Shown here: piece by piece, positions 37,894 to 52,452 of the stretch
Numbering within the stretch: position 1 is the stretch's first letter
How the letters are laid out: the number at the start of each line of letters is the position of its first letter
Assembly: GCA_964016885.1 (NCBI GenBank)
Contig: OZ024745.1
Span: forward strand, 14,632,001-14,696,000
Source: Eledone cirrhosa
Lineage: Eukaryota
Direction of reading: 5' to 3'
Length of the DNA stretch: 64,000 nt
The notes under the pieces: model-generated
Database searches by the model: none
The model's input: the letters and a program-made list of their open reading frames with translations, nothing else
What the model was told of the DNA's origin: nothing
Translations under genes and position numbers: made by a program

Positions 37894-40179
37894 CTGGAAT
37901 GGCAGAGAAGATAAAGACTACGCAGTTTTCTACCACCTCAATATTGAAGAAAATAATATTGATTATTATGGAAGCTTATATCAACATAATTGTACTGGTT
38001 TTCTGCCATGAAATCTATAACTTTATCTCCCTAATCCCGGCCCTCTTGATATATATTTTGTCTTTTATATATTCTATATTTTCAAGATTCTGTCTTTTAA
38101 TATAATGGCTATTCTAATGTGAACTATAAAATAGTATATGTGTATTATCTATCTTCTGCGAGATAGATAACTTGCCATTTACTTATATTGAATCTCTTAA
38201 CTCTTGTTTTGTATTGAAATGATATACACTAGCTGTAATCTATCTAGTTTGGTAATTAATTTTAATTACCAAAATGTCTATTCTAATTCTCGTCACCCAC
38301 GGTAAACATTCGGCAGTTAAATTTGATTCTAATATCAATAATTCATTCTTATCAAATAATAATAGAAATAAAACAAAACACACTCTTCACATAATTCAGT
38401 TTTTTGTTTTGTAAATTATCTATTCGCTTCATTTTTTACGCACTGGATGCTACCTACTAAATAGTGTCTATGCATACTGAAATGTAACCTTTGAAAGGCA
38501 TTACGTGACTAAGCTCCACTGAAAGGTTGAGTTGCTATAGCACAATAGCAGAGAAAACGAATTATCGACCTATCCACTCAAGTGTTGTTTTGTATTTCAT
38601 ATATGGGGACAACTAAAGTGAAGTTTTATATGTGGATATTTCTAAATAAAGCATGCGTTTTGGCAGAGTCGTTAGCGTATTGTATTAAATGCCTTGATAG
38701 TTGTTTTGGTTTACTGCGCTCTTAGTTTTAAATCCACTGAGCTGTACTTTGCTTTCCATCCTTTTGGTGTTGCCAAAATAAAGAACTAGTACAGATTCGG
38801 TGGATTGGAGAAATTGTTAAAACACCGAACAAGATACTTCGGGGTTTATATTTCAATTGTGCACCGAAAAAGTTGTGGCGCTTCTGCCAGTAATTAACAA
38901 GAACATATAGTATGAGCAATGAAAAGACCAATAGGAACATAGCTTCTTCGTTCGATCAGACAATGAGCTTCCTACCTTTGTTTCCCTTCCTTATCCGATA
39001 TAGTTTGACAGGCAACAGAAATTTGAGGTTTTCACTAAATGATTTCATATATATATGTTCAAAGCATGCATATGAATTTTATATTACCAGAGATCTGCAA
39101 TAGCATAACTAATGGCTTCCTACATAGTTTATGGTTTCTTAATATCTGTGGATCCTTCATGAACTTCCTTCTCGATCGATTCAAAGTGAAGTTTGAGAAA
39201 TACATCAAAATGATTCGAAATTTACCTAAGCTGAAAGCTCAAATTTATTAAGATGATTTAAAAATTTATAATTCATGGATTAAATCTGATCCTTGGATGA
39301 TTCTAATAGCTATCAGATCTTCTCAAATAATGAAATACAATAAAAAGAATATAAAAGAAAGAAAAACATACTCTTGTGGCATTATATCCTCTGCTCTAAA
39401 TGATGGTAAAATGGCGGTAAAATTAGAATTTATCACATTAATCAACATACCATGTAAAATACTTTATCGTAAATCAACGTTTTAATAATTTTCTAACCAA
39501 ACCTTTCTTAGATTAATATGGCGTTTCTCCTGAAAGCAATCTAGGATAAATAGCTAATAATAAAATACGTTTTCTATACAAAATGAAACACATATTGATT
39601 CTTTTAAATAGAAATTTTCCTTTGGATATATTAAATTTTTTGAAATTATAATCATTACGATTTCCTGTATGATATTTTAATTAGGTACATTTATCAATTT
39701 CTCGCTCTTCCTCCTCATAACTATTCTGTCCAGTCCGTTTCCAGAACGTTGTCACTTGTGTCATCTTGAAACAGTTTAAATGGAACGCCAGGAGATTCAA
39801 CATCATCGGCTTCGGATTGTCAGTAAAGGCCAATGGCGCTGTCTCTTCTTCAGGAATAACAAAAGAAAAAACAACAGCAAAAATAAAGAAAATATCAAAC
39901 AATATATGGAAATTTAAAATTTGAGGATTGTTTTTTTTGTCTTACAAGCTATAAGGTATCAGAGCCCATAATATATATTATCTCAAACATTTATCTGAAG
40001 TAACTGAGGTATATATTATCGAATAAATAAAATTTCAACATTATAATTTTGAAATTAATTGCTATTCTTCAGCTAACGCATATTTAAAGATACAGTAATA
40101 AATCTCATTCTGAACTCACTATGAAATAAACTCGTGAAATAAAAACAAAAATGAATATTTGATTGCCATATTATGTTAA

Positions 40180-40211
<32 letters not shown>

Positions 40212-40248
40212 ACACATAAATACAGACACACACACACACACACACACA

Positions 40249-40330
<82 letters not shown>

Positions 40331-41744
40331 CACAGACTACGAGTCGTCTTACAGTTAATATTGTATATGACATATGATTTGACCTTCGTATTAAGTAATG
40401 TAAAATTTTAATTATCTTAAGATTTCTTTCACGTTTCTGGTTATAAATGACCTTATCGAACATCTAAAAATGTTGTATCTTGTAATTTGAAAATTTATGA
40501 ACATAATAAAAATAATCGATACATTAAATCTACTTTGGAGATCATTGATGATTTCCAAATGGAAACGAAATAACTATTGGAATTAAACTTGTGTATCACT
40601 GCTTGCAGATAATTATATTATGTCAACTATAAGAAGCATAATTTTGATAACCCCGTTATCTGTGTCAATAAATTCTGTGTCAATAAATTTTGTGTCTATA
40701 AATTCTTATTATCTCTAGAAACATATCCGAACGCTTGCTGGTAGAGGTATTGGTGGTGGTGGTGGTGGTGGACAATAATCGAAGTTTTGTGCTGATGGCG
40801 AATTTTACGACTGTTCAACTTTAGTTTATGTAGAAACATTATACAAGTCAAACACTTATCCCTCAGTTAAAACAATAAACTTAATATTTTCCCATATAAT
40901 ATTCGAAAATGTCCGAACAAATACAATAAATATAAAAGAATGGTTGTGTTTATAAGACATATTGTTGTCTGCATCAATTTTAATCTGTTCTCTGATTTAG
41001 AAATGTAGGGTGACGCATGATAGTGCCTCCTGATCAATAATATATAATAGAGAAACGTATAGATTGAAATGAAGTATAGCTCTGTATATATTGGAAAACA
41101 ACAACAAAAACAAAACAAAGCAACCAGAAATTGGTTAAATAAAGATAATTTAACCTTTACATTACCATGTTTATAATTTAGTAAAATAACTAACTTTCTC
41201 ATTGTATATCTGGTGCTTGAAAAAGTGCTGAACTTACATCTGAAGGTCTTATTTAAAATTATGATGGACTGTTTTCAGATAAATACAAATACTTTAAAAC
41301 AAACAGTTTGTATCGAAGAACATAAGATTGTTTCAGTCGATTTGATACCAAAAGGTAACAAAAAAACTCCAATGACATAGTGCTTAAGATAAAACATAGC
41401 GATAAGATACTCACGATTTTCAATGTGAGATTTTCGGAGGACAATCATATTATAATGCAATGGATTTTTGAAGCTAAACTTTTAACAACCAACTTAAAGA
41501 GGTTATCTACATATTAAAAAAAGTTCATTTACTGTTAAGATGTTTAATTCAGAGAAGAATAAAAAAGTTAGCTGCAAATAAGTGATGGATCCTCCTCCTA
41601 CGATTTCAACGTTATTAGTACGGTTATTTAATTAACTGTACGTACAATTCCTGACTTAATGTAAAGTGGGTAACTATTCCATAGACTCGTTTACCCTTCA
41701 CTTAATTCCCAAGCCAATTCAGCGAAGAATAAAATGACACAGTT

Positions 41745-41920
41745 GGGCCTTTGAATTACAAGTACAATCCATCCAGCATGCTTCTGCACATTTTCCGTCT
41801 ATACAATATCTTTCAAAACGCTTGAGTTGATCCTACTAAAGATACTTGCTCAAGATGCCACGTAGTAAGATCGAACCCAAGTTCCCATCATTCCGCGGCG
41901 GACATCTTACCCACTCAAGC
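41745..41920 (-). mobile_element. Degenerate tRNA-derived SINE
   Basis: Similar to 52280-52452 (tttgaattacaagtac..., cttg.tcaagat..cgtagt..gatcgaa). Confidence 0.5.
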
Positions 41921-43506
41921 AATACTATGTTCAATGGAAAGAATTATGTCACAGGAAAAATACAATCACTTTTGTTTTTTAAAAAAATATTTCTACAACA
42001 CGATCATTGTATCAATTTATTCTGGATCTTGTCTTTAGATGAATGTATGTTATCTACAATATTGTACTAATTGATCAAGTTAACCTGGTTCCTCACATTT
42101 TATATACCTTTAGTTTCATTGCTAAAAATATTAGAGAACTCGTCTAAATACCTTCATATCTTTGGCTATTAGCATTTACAATTTGTGTTGACGCTTTGGT
42201 TTCTAATCTGCCTACAAAAAAAGGACACAAAATGTAGCAAACACATACTGTTATTGGTTCAATAGACTACGAGATTTATATCCTGTTGCCAGTGTAAGAA
42301 GTCAGCATTATTACATAATTCATTATTATTATTATGTAGTATTTTATAATGTGTTTATATGTCAGAAGGATATATAGTTCGTCTCGTCGCTAATTTCACA
42401 TCAGCAAAACAATAGGAACTTTCTAAATGTTTGAACAGGAAGTTTTCATTGTGTTTACATGATGCTTATTAATGTTACTATCTTGGATAACACAAGAAGT
42501 TTTTTGACAATCATGACACGATGATGTTAGATTTATCATGTGTATTCCATTGATTACTTTCACACAAGAAAATTCAATATTAATCTTAGAATATATAATG
42601 ATTATATAACCATTTCTTTTAGACTTATATAGAAACTGTTAAAGATAGTATTCCCCCCAGTAGCGCAGGAGTATTCAACTTTATAAATTACATCTGAATG
42701 TCATTAAAGCAGAAAGACGGCACCAGATGTCTCAAAAACAGTTGTAAAATATCATAAGAGATAATTTTCTCGAGCACAGTCTGTCATAAATATTCTTGAT
42801 TGCTGAATGAAAACGATGAGTAAAGGCTCTCTCTCTCTCGCCCTCTCTCTAAATCATGGGGAATTCATTACATCCATTAATTATTTCCTTGAGAATTAAA
42901 TGAAAAAATACCAAGTAAACATGAAGAGCCATAAATTAATATTGAATAACTTTCCATTATTTCATGAAGTTCTTTATATTTCTTGTAAAATTCCCGAAAC
43001 AAATTATATCAGGAAAAAGATTTTAAGGGAGGTGGGCAGAAAACAGATATGTATTTTATCGATAAATAATGAATGTTTTACATTTTGAAAAAAGTATATG
43101 TGTTTATTCTTAAAAAGTATTTTCAGATCGATTTTAATATGCAGAAATGTCAATGCGCGTATCTTTTAAAAAGTTTGGAAAGTGTTCGAGTGGCAGCGTA
43201 CAAATTTTGGCATTCGTAACAAAACCAATTCGTGTACTGATGGAGAGATTCCACAACTGAATCTAATTGCAATAACTTTCCATTAGTGATTACAAGTTTT
43301 ATAAAAGTTTCCCAAGCAGACACACAATGATGTCAGCAGAAGTAAACCGCACTAAGTTAATCTGTAGTGTATCTCCTTAACAATGTCCACCATGTTATAG
43401 AAAATGTAAAGCAGCGTCTATCAATTCACTATAATGTATAGATTTCTTGCACATTCTAAACAAAATCAGAAAAAGTGCAATCTGTATTAATAACAGGAAG
43501 AAAATA

Positions 43507-43818
<312 letters not shown>

Positions 43819-43829
43819 ATATATATATA

Positions 43830-44040
43830 TGTGTGGCTGCTGAGTGGTTAGAGGATTGGATTCGCAATCGTGAGGTTGTCAGTTCGATTCCCGGACCCGG
43901 CGATGCATTATGTCCTTGAACAAGACACTGTATTTCACGTTGCTCCTTCTACCTGGAGTTGCGACCGATAGATAGTATTAGCAACTGGAAAGACCAATGG
44001 AAACATTGTTTTCTCGGTCCGATTTGACGAAAGTCGATCG
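43830..44040 (+). mobile_element. tRNA-derived CORE-like SINE
   Basis: gtggctgctgagtggttag, agttcgattccc, tgtccttgaacaagacactgtatttcacgttgctcc. Confidence 0.7.
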
Positions 44041-44079
44041 TTACTAATAATTTATATATATATGTATATATATATAAAT

Positions 44080-44130
<51 letters not shown>

Positions 44131-44142
44131 TAATAATAATAA

Positions 44143-45045
44143 TAGTAATAATAATAAATTTGAAGACTGAAATCCAAAGAAGGCTCGATAATGATAAATA
44201 TATATCATATATATAAGAACCGTAGAGCAAATATTTATTAAAATAACAGATTAAAGTTTAAGCAAAGAATCGCTGTTTTCACCCTTAACGGGATCTTCTG
44301 AAACTAAAAATATCAATATTTGAACGCAGAAGTAAATATTTCAAAAAACGTTGCAACTGAAGGAAGACAGGAAGACGATACTTTGGTTCGTGGAAACGTT
44401 CCCTGGCAAAGAACGGAAAAAACGAAAATAATACGTCATAATTAGGATCGGTGAAAACAATTACACACAAAGACAAAACCACGTTTATGGTATAAATGAA
44501 GTCGTAGACTAATATTCTATTAGGTCATTCGTGGAGACGTTCTCTGGCAATGAACGGAAAAAACGAAGATAATAGGTCATTATGTGGAGTACATTACTGG
44601 TACTTTATTTTATCGACCCCGTAAGGATGAAAGGTTAACTTTGCCTTTCATCCTTACGGGGTCGATAAAATAAAGTACCAGTAATGTACTGAGTATTTGC
44701 TGGCCTTGTGCCTAAAGTAGAAACAATTATGTGGAGCGTCTCCACGAATGACCTAATAGAATATTAGTCTACGACTTCATTTATACCATAAACGTGGTTT
44801 TGTCTTTGTGTGTAATTGTTTTCACCGATCCTAATTATGACGTATTATTTTCGTTTTTTTCCGTTCTTTGCCAGGGAACGTTTCCACGAACCAAAGTATC
44901 GTCTTCCTGTCTTCCTTCAGTTGCAACGTTTTTTGAAATATTTACTTCTGCGTTCAAATATTGATATTTTTAGTTTCAGAAGATCCCGTTAAGGGTGAAA
45001 GCAGCGATTCTTTGCTTAAACTTAAATCTGTTATTTTAATAAATA
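44143..45045. mobile_element. pLTR family A inverted pair (arms about 44233-44539 / 44737-45045) with hammerhead-like motifs at 44255-44305 (-) and 44972-45022 (+)
   Basis: Near-perfect arms of about 305 bp; agttt CAGAAGA tccc-gttaa-gggt GAAA gca..tgc TT aaact. Confidence 0.82.
44590..44730 (+). mobile_element. 5'-truncated SINE with a fold-back inversion and 11-bp TSD
   Basis: attatgtggag at 44579-44589 and 44726-44736. 44590-44634 is the reverse complement of about 44644-44689. Confidence 0.8.
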
Positions 45046-45144
45046 AATATATATATATATATATATATAGGAGTACTTGGTACTTGAGTTCTTGAGTACT
45101 CTGGTGCGTTATGGTCCACCTGGTTCCTTATCACACTTCCTTCG

Positions 45145-45186
<42 letters not shown>

Positions 45187-45744
45187 CAAATAATGTTTCA
45201 TACACTTAACATGTATGTGTGACCATTAGTTTTGGGGTCCAGTTATGGCCACCACTGTATATTGGAGGAGATACTTCCATACTGATATTTTTCAGGTATC
45301 AGGTGTTTGTAGGCAGCTTCCAGCTTTGTATTATAGGGTTGCTGTAGAAGTACAAAAGCTTTACTTAGCAGTTTAGTTGTGTTCGACGTATTCATTTGAA
45401 CTGTTTACCACTAATGCTTAGTTAATATTAGTTGTGTTAGCAAGTAAGATAAATCAATCCATTATATGTAATTCATAGAGTTTTAAGTATAACATTTTAA
45501 GCGCATTAGCTAATTTTCAATGATTCATTTATTGAATACTGGAAAACCTTACAAGTGTTTCAATACGTAACCACTAATTCAGTGTATGTTATCCTTTTGT
45601 AACGATATATTATATTTGGTGAAATATGTATTTACTGAACATAAATATTTTATTACTTATAAATTGTAATTGCTATGTTAGGCCTCCATAATTTTAACGT
45701 TTTCCTTGCTATATTTAAGCGTTACTATTTAAAACGTCACAAGA

Positions 45745-45931
45745 TTGGTGGATTGGCATTATCGGTAGATGGTCGGACACTGTGCTTTGCAGCTCAGAGT
45801 TACGTCCCTTTACGGACTGAGTTCAAATATGCCGAGCTTAACTTTGCCTTTCATCCTTACTGGGTCGATAAAATAAAGTACCAGTAATGCACTGGTTAAT
45901 TGCTGGTTTGTGCCTAAAGTAAAAACAACTA
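45745..45931 (+). mobile_element. tRNA-derived SINE (Meta-like)
   Basis: Box A/B, core and tail. Confidence 0.85.
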
Positions 45932-46210
45932 TTTAAAACGTTACTTACTTCTCTCACTGGTATATGTAAAACATAGTAGGAAAATTGTCTTAACGTTTTG
46001 GATGTTAATCTTTCATCAGCAGATAGAGTGGTAAATAAAAGAAGAAATAGAAAGAAGAGGAAGAAACCGAAAGCAATTTTCTTTTTAGAAAAAACACGTG
46101 TGTTCAGGCAGCCATTTTGTAACATATCTATAATACACATATATGTGTGTGTATATATATATATATTGTTATACTTTGGGAGGGTCATGTTGCCAATAAC
46201 CTTCCACTAG

Positions 46211-46300
<90 letters not shown>

Positions 46301-46341
46301 CGAAACATAAGTCAATTGCATGAACTCATAATCCTTTATTT

Positions 46342-46399
46342 ACTGCTATATATATATTTCGATGATAGCCATTGAATGGCTATGGCCTCATCAGGCAGT
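46342..46399 (-). ncRNA. Type I hammerhead ribozyme in a pLTR fragment (about 46297-46460) between (TA)n tracts
   Basis: actgc CTGATGA ggcc-atagccat-tca-atggctat-catc GAAA tatatata TA gcagt, then AATAAA. Confidence 0.8.
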
Positions 46400-46457
46400 T
46401 AGTCAGTTCTTAGATATGCCAGCTCTGTGTTTATAGTGTTGATGGTATCAGAGCCTT

Positions 46458-46570
<113 letters not shown>

Positions 46571-46696
46571 TCATATTAGATTAGCAGTAACGCACGAGAA
46601 TGAGTACTCATTACTATAGTAGAGATTATTTTTACCTATAAAAAAACAAGCGAAGCCCCAGAGTAACAAAACTGAAACTCGGACTTAATAACAATA

Positions 46697-46855
46697 ATCA
46701 ACAAGGCCAGCAATCTTTTTGGGGAAAGGGAAAGTTGATTAAATCGACCCCAGTGCATTACTGGTACTTTATTTTATCGACCCCATAAGCGGGATTTGAA
46801 AGCAGAACGTAAAGGTCCGTAACACTATGCCACAAGCACGTTGTCCGACGCTCTA

Positions 46856-46856
<1 letters not shown>
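46697..46856 (-). mobile_element. tRNA-derived SINE with an internal deletion
   Basis: The core is partly deleted between gaccccataag and gcgggatttgaa. Confidence 0.75.
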
Positions 46857-46905
<49 letters not shown>

Positions 46906-47039
46906 TAGAAGGGGTATTTAATTTGTTGGAAGTTCGACAAATATAAATATTTATAACTGATTTAGAGCACTCAACAGTATACTGGAGTAAATATTCAATG
47001 ATATTTAATAAATGGAAACTATATTTATAAAACCATATT

Positions 47040-47102
47040 TATTTTATTATATATATTTCAAGGGTACCAAAACACATTGGTACGCTTTCCTCAGATAAAA
47101 TA
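47040..47102 (-). ncRNA. Type I hammerhead, same family as 35111-35173 (pLTR about 46905-47165 in (TA)n)
   Basis: tattttat CTGAGGA aagc-gtacca..tggtac-cctt GAAA tatata TA ataaaata. Confidence 0.78.
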
Positions 47103-47162
47103 CAAAGTTTGTTTTATAAATAGAGAAAATCATACCTTATCGGTTGGATATTCTCTGGATAG

Positions 47163-47197
<35 letters not shown>

Positions 47198-48329
47198 GTA
47201 ATGTGATGTATCCCATTATATTGTTACCGCACGAGACAGCTTAATAAAACTGTTTGTTAAAAGCGTCAAAACTAAAATTCACTTAATGATATACTTTAAT
47301 ATAAGTTGAAAGAATTCTGTTTAGGTTAAAAGTAAATCACATTTTATTGCTGACATATCAATTCAAAATTAGTTTCTAGGTAAGAATGTGTTACTAATAC
47401 TCACACTAGTATCTGATTAAAATTACATTCGATTTTCTATTTTTTTTATTGATTCCAAATTGATTCTGTTATTTCAAAATAGTTCGCTTTCCTACTGTAA
47501 TATTATTCGATATTGAAATTGAGGAAACATTGTATCATTTAATGTGTACAAACAATGTCCATCCATTTTGTTTAATTCAAAGTTATAGGCGTGATTTATT
47601 TACTTTGAATATTTGTTGATTTTTTCATTATAGTACTAATGTTACACAGAAGTATCAGTATCTCTTCAGATCATCTGTTAATTACAGCTTTTTCCTACGA
47701 GAATTCAATGGAATTGAATTTCATTTCACATGTGTTTTGTTAATCTAGTAGGTTCCTCCCTATTGAAGGAAGAAGAGACAAATCTCGAGTTAAAGAAATA
47801 TACAATAGATATGGTTTACATTTATTAAATCTATTGTTGTGACCATTCTTCATGTTATTAATATTCTACACAATACTTGAATTACTATCATGGATCTTTT
47901 GATGGGGCAGAAGCGCTGTCTTTAGAATTTTTAACATTGCAGTCCTCACCCCACCTCACGGTCAGTGAGAGAAAAAGATTGGGAGAAAGTGAGAATGATA
48001 CAAAAGAATTGACCAAACGATAAGAAGCGGATGAAGGATATAACCAGACATTGACTTCGTCTCCAAATATTTTGTATTGAATGATTATCTTCTATGTTTA
48101 ATCCACACACGCTATTAAACACTTGTGGAAATACTTATAAAGAAATGTTTAAAATCAACGAATATTTGTCTCTGAAATGTATTAAAACCCACCCCAAAAT
48201 GTTTATTGTAGTAACTGGCCAACACACATTTAATTAGCACTACACATTCATACTTTAGAAGAAATAATGATATTAATCACATTGATGTAAGCGACACGGA
48301 AACGTATTGGAAAAGAGAAAATGTATGAC

Positions 48330-48495
48330 AGGTGACCCATAGGCAGACTCCGAGCAAGATGGTTAGATAACATCCGTGATCTTGGCTGGTCTCGCTTGAG
48401 GATCAAGCCGGATCTGTTGGAGACGGTTGCTTCTGACAGGACCTGTTAGGAGTGTTTGAGGGATCTTCCCGCACGACCCACACAGAAATAAGTGA

Positions 48496-48526
<31 letters not shown>

Positions 48527-48553
48527 AAGAAGAAGAAGAAGAAGAAGAAGAAG
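48330..48553 (+). mobile_element. RTE-like LINE 3' end with (GAA)n tail
   Basis: PIGRLRARWLDNIRDLGWSRLRIKPDLLETVASDR-like remnant. Confidence 0.7.
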
Positions 48554-49414
48554 GTGTAATGTTGAAAAAATATAGCCCGATTAGAATATCTTTGGCCAGT
48601 GATATATTTGTGAAAAACAGGTTTCGTATTTTGAAAATGTTTATTATTTGAAATGTTTACTAGTTGACATTAGAATAACACTCTTTGTGCTGTAAGACAG
48701 ATGATTATGTCACATATAACAATTCGAGTGGGCAGATAATTCTGTGTGCATCAGATAACAGCTTTGGAGTGGATTTCTTGAGAATATGAAGAACTTAGCA
48801 ATGGAAGCAGTCAAAAGGAAATATCTATTCGTTTTCATTGGAGTGGTTAGAAATTCGCTCAGCTTTAATGTTGATATTTATAAGAAACAAGAGGGACCTA
48901 CGGATATAATATGATTAATCGTAATACGAACAATCGAATCTGTTGTTAAAACGAACAATAGAGTGTATTTAAAATCAGTGTAACAATAAATGGAATAATA
49001 TAGCAACACAGAATTATCTCCTTGTCCTCTTTCAGTCTTTTATGTGTTTCATCTGCCTGTCACCCACCTTGTGGATTGCTTCTCTGTTGATCAAGGGGCG
49101 CTGGCTTTTGACCTCTGAGGTAGTTTTGACCCTCGCTGTCTTGACAGCATTTAACTGTTTTAACGGCTGTTTTAGCGATAAGTTTTCTCATCTTTATATC
49201 TATTAAAATACGCTCTCGTAGACTTTCATTTCATTTTATTCGTAATATTATATTTTCAATGAGTGGGTGATCCTTATATCACCTATAAAGAGAAAAGAGA
49301 AAACCAATCAGATATGTTAATCATTTCTGTTTCTTTCTATTAATATTTTTATAATGCTGCTGCTGTTGCTTGCTGTCACGTGTTTTGTATGTTTTTAAAG
49401 TCTATCTCGAGTCC

Positions 49415-49680
49415 AGAGGCTCACCAGGCCGCTGCTTATCCCGGTGTCCATAGCGTTAAGCGAATGAAAGTACAATACTACCTCCCTGGACAGGACACCA
49501 GCCTATCGCAGGGTTAAACTCCCAGCTATTGCTGATATTCATCTTCAGTTGAGTATACTGGAGCAACGTGAAATGAAGTGTTTTTCTCAAGAACAAAACA
49601 CACCATCTAGTCCAGGAATCGAACCCACGATGTTATGGTTGTAAGTACAACACCGTTACCACTAGGCCACACACCTTCAC
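49415..49680 (-). mobile_element. tRNA-derived SINE with CORE-like and V-domain-like segments
   Basis: Minus strand: gtggcctagtgg, ggttcgattcc, tgttcttgagaaaaacacttcatttcacgttgctccag, cctgcgataggctggtgtcctgtccaggg. Confidence 0.7.
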
Positions 49681-51886
49681 TTTGTATGTTTACAAACATA
49701 TAAAAAAACAATGGAGGAGCTATCAATATCCCACCCAGCATTGCTAGCAAGATTCTGCTGAGAAATTCGGTGTTACAGCCATGAGGTAGAAGCCGGTTCA
49801 TCTGTCGGTTTAGCTAACAACATTTCTAAATTTTCTGAAAGTCTTTACTATGAAATTTCCAAAATTTACAAATTGATATTAGGTTCAAAGATAAAATATA
49901 TAACATTTCTTTTAAATCTGTTTACAACCAGTGAATTCTATAGCCTGCTAAATTGCTATATTTGTTAATAATTTTTTAATTTTTTCTATCCTGTTCAGTA
50001 AGGATTCAAATGCGAGAACGGAAGGTACATTAATATCTCTAGGTTTTACATAAGTTAACCCTAGAATATAAAGAGAGAAGTAAGCGAGTACATTTAGCCA
50101 AACATAAATAAGGATCTGGAACGCGGCTCAAACGTTTTACTTATATGTAACCTGCTATTTTTATTAGAGAAGAATGAAATGCCTCATAAATTATTGCATC
50201 GATTGTTCAACCAGGAACACCATTTGATGATATAGGCTGTGGATTGTGTAGAACAAATGGACTTAATTTCAAAATATTAATACACAAAAAGCTATCTTTT
50301 AAAGGACACTGAAATATAACCAACACTTTGCCATATCTGTTTAGATACAAACAATATTTTACTGAATAGAATAGAAAGTCATCCTTTGTTTGTCTGAACA
50401 TTCACCTTTGCTGATTTCTTCTTATTCTACTCTCACCGTAATCACTGTCCCTTGAAAAACTCTCTCTTTCACTAAATACAATAAAGAATCTCAATTGTTG
50501 CATAATGTAGATAGTTAATACAGCAGTTGATTTGTCTTTTCGCAATACATGTGAATCATCACTGGGCTAGAGCTTTAAGTTTCTATTATATGTGGACTAT
50601 TGGCAGGCAATTGAATAGAATCAATTGAGTGAATTTAATAAAGTATTTAGTAAAATTAGATTTACTTGGTTATCCTCACGAAGCAGTTAGGGTTCAGATT
50701 CTTTCTTGTAAATGGCGAATGAGATTAAATTGAAGCCATGATGAATAATTGAATAAAAGGTTCAATTGTAAATTGGTGAAATAATGAAATGTTAAAGTTA
50801 CAAATTGTTACTCTCTATCTTAAAGAATTATCTTCAAGTCTGTTTGTGTCGGGCTAGATTAAATGGAAACGATTACGAACAACAAGTTCCTAGGTCCAGG
50901 AAATAAAGAACAAAAACCTTAGTGAGTAGTAAACTCATTGATAAATGTATTGAATAAGCGAGCCGAGGAAATCAAATTACTTTACAAATTTGCTGATAAT
51001 GTCCATCATCATTGTATGCCGTCTTGGGTGAGACACACGGTTGATGTTCAGTTCACATCCTGTGTTGGTGAGACTCACACGGTTGATGTTCAGTTTACAT
51101 CCTGGGAAGAAAAGATGTTGACTGATAATGATATTCCAGATTGTCGCATTGCATGTCTGGAGTTGAAAGATTGATGTGTGCACGTGTGTATTTATGTGTG
51201 TTTTTTGTGTGCATTTGTGTATTTGTGAGTGTATAGCGCTGTGTGTATCCTTTTACATTTTATACACAAACAAATTTCGTAAGTCCTTTTTCCTGTAAGT
51301 AAGTGGTGCATACGCATTTAGAATTCATAAAAGTTATACGCCTTAAAATATATGGAGAAACGTATTAGCTCCGTGCATCACAGCCTGTAAACATTCCGGT
51401 TCCCCAGAGCTGTAACAAAATGATCTCTGCTAATTTTGCAGCATATTTGTTTGTCTGCCACACCGCAACCAAGAGGTCTTTGTAAGCGATAAATTTATGG
51501 AGAAGGCTTCTCGATTAGCTGTTGCATACTTTACACAGACTCATCAAAATGTCACCATCATTTTTTATACTTCATTCGAAAGGCAGGGAATTGACAGAGT
51601 TGTAGAATGTCAGATAGAATGCCTTGCAGTATTTGTTCCAGCTCTCCACACTGTACGTTCAAATCCCACCACAGTCAACTTGTACTCTTAGTCGCTTAAC
51701 GTACATCAAACCGGAAATAACACCAAGCTTCGTATAATCCGTGCAAGCATGACAAAACGGATGAAGACGATAACTCACGACAACAGTTATCTGACGTCCT
51801 GAGAAGTCAAGAACATAAAATATAAAGTACATACTTTTCAAGTAATCTATTATTTTGGCCTATCATTTTCATTATTCAGCAGATAA

Positions 51887-52107
51887 GGGCGGGGGATTGG
51901 CAGTATCGGTAGAGGTTTGGACGCCATGCTTTGCAGCATAAAGTTACGGCCCTTTATGATCTGAGTTCAAATCCCGCCGAGGTTAACTTTGCCTTTCATC
52001 CTTAGAGGGTCGATAAAATAAAGTACCAGTCACGCACTGGGGTCGATGTAGTCGACTTTCCCTTACCCCAAAATTGCTGGCCTTGTGCCTATATAAGAAA
52101 CCATTAT
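51887..52107 (+). mobile_element. tRNA-derived SINE (Meta-like, long variant)
   Basis: Full copy with a ggggtcgatgtagtcgact segment. Confidence 0.88.
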
Positions 52108-52279
52108 TCAGCAGACAAAGAATGATGGACTCTTCCCGCGAGAACGGCGTATGAGTGTCCAGGATCTATTGAACGACTCATTGAATAAGTGTGCCAAGTA
52201 ACTGGCCATTCCAGGGAAATGTGTACACCAAAAATAATTCTTTAGTGGAATTAGCATGACAGAATTAGTGAGACAGGGT

Positions 52280-52452
52280 GACATCTTTGAATTACAAGTA
52301 CGATTCATACATGGGTTTCCAAACAGTTTCTAGCTACACACATTTATGTTCAAGAATTGCGTCGGTTAGGGTAAAATACACTTGTCCAAGATCCCTCGTA
52401 GTGGGATCGAATCCTCATGATTCTGAAACGTATTTCATAACCACTCGGCCAT
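52280..52452 (-). mobile_element. Degenerate tRNA-derived SINE
   Basis: Minus strand atggccgagtggtta ... gattcgatccc, cttggacaagtg. Confidence 0.55.

Noticed and set aside
39681-41480. Exon-like stretches on the minus strand (39690-39850, 41415-41473)
   Set aside because: Splice signals are plausible, but there is no consistent frame or recognisable protein.
45988-46024. Minus-strand ctgatga-aagat-taac-atcc-aaaacgtta
   Set aside because: It is probably a decayed minimal hammerhead, but the catalytic G is lost, so it was not counted.
51887-51985. tRNA-like box A/B sequences
   Set aside because: These are SINE heads with no complete cloverleaf, not tRNA genes.
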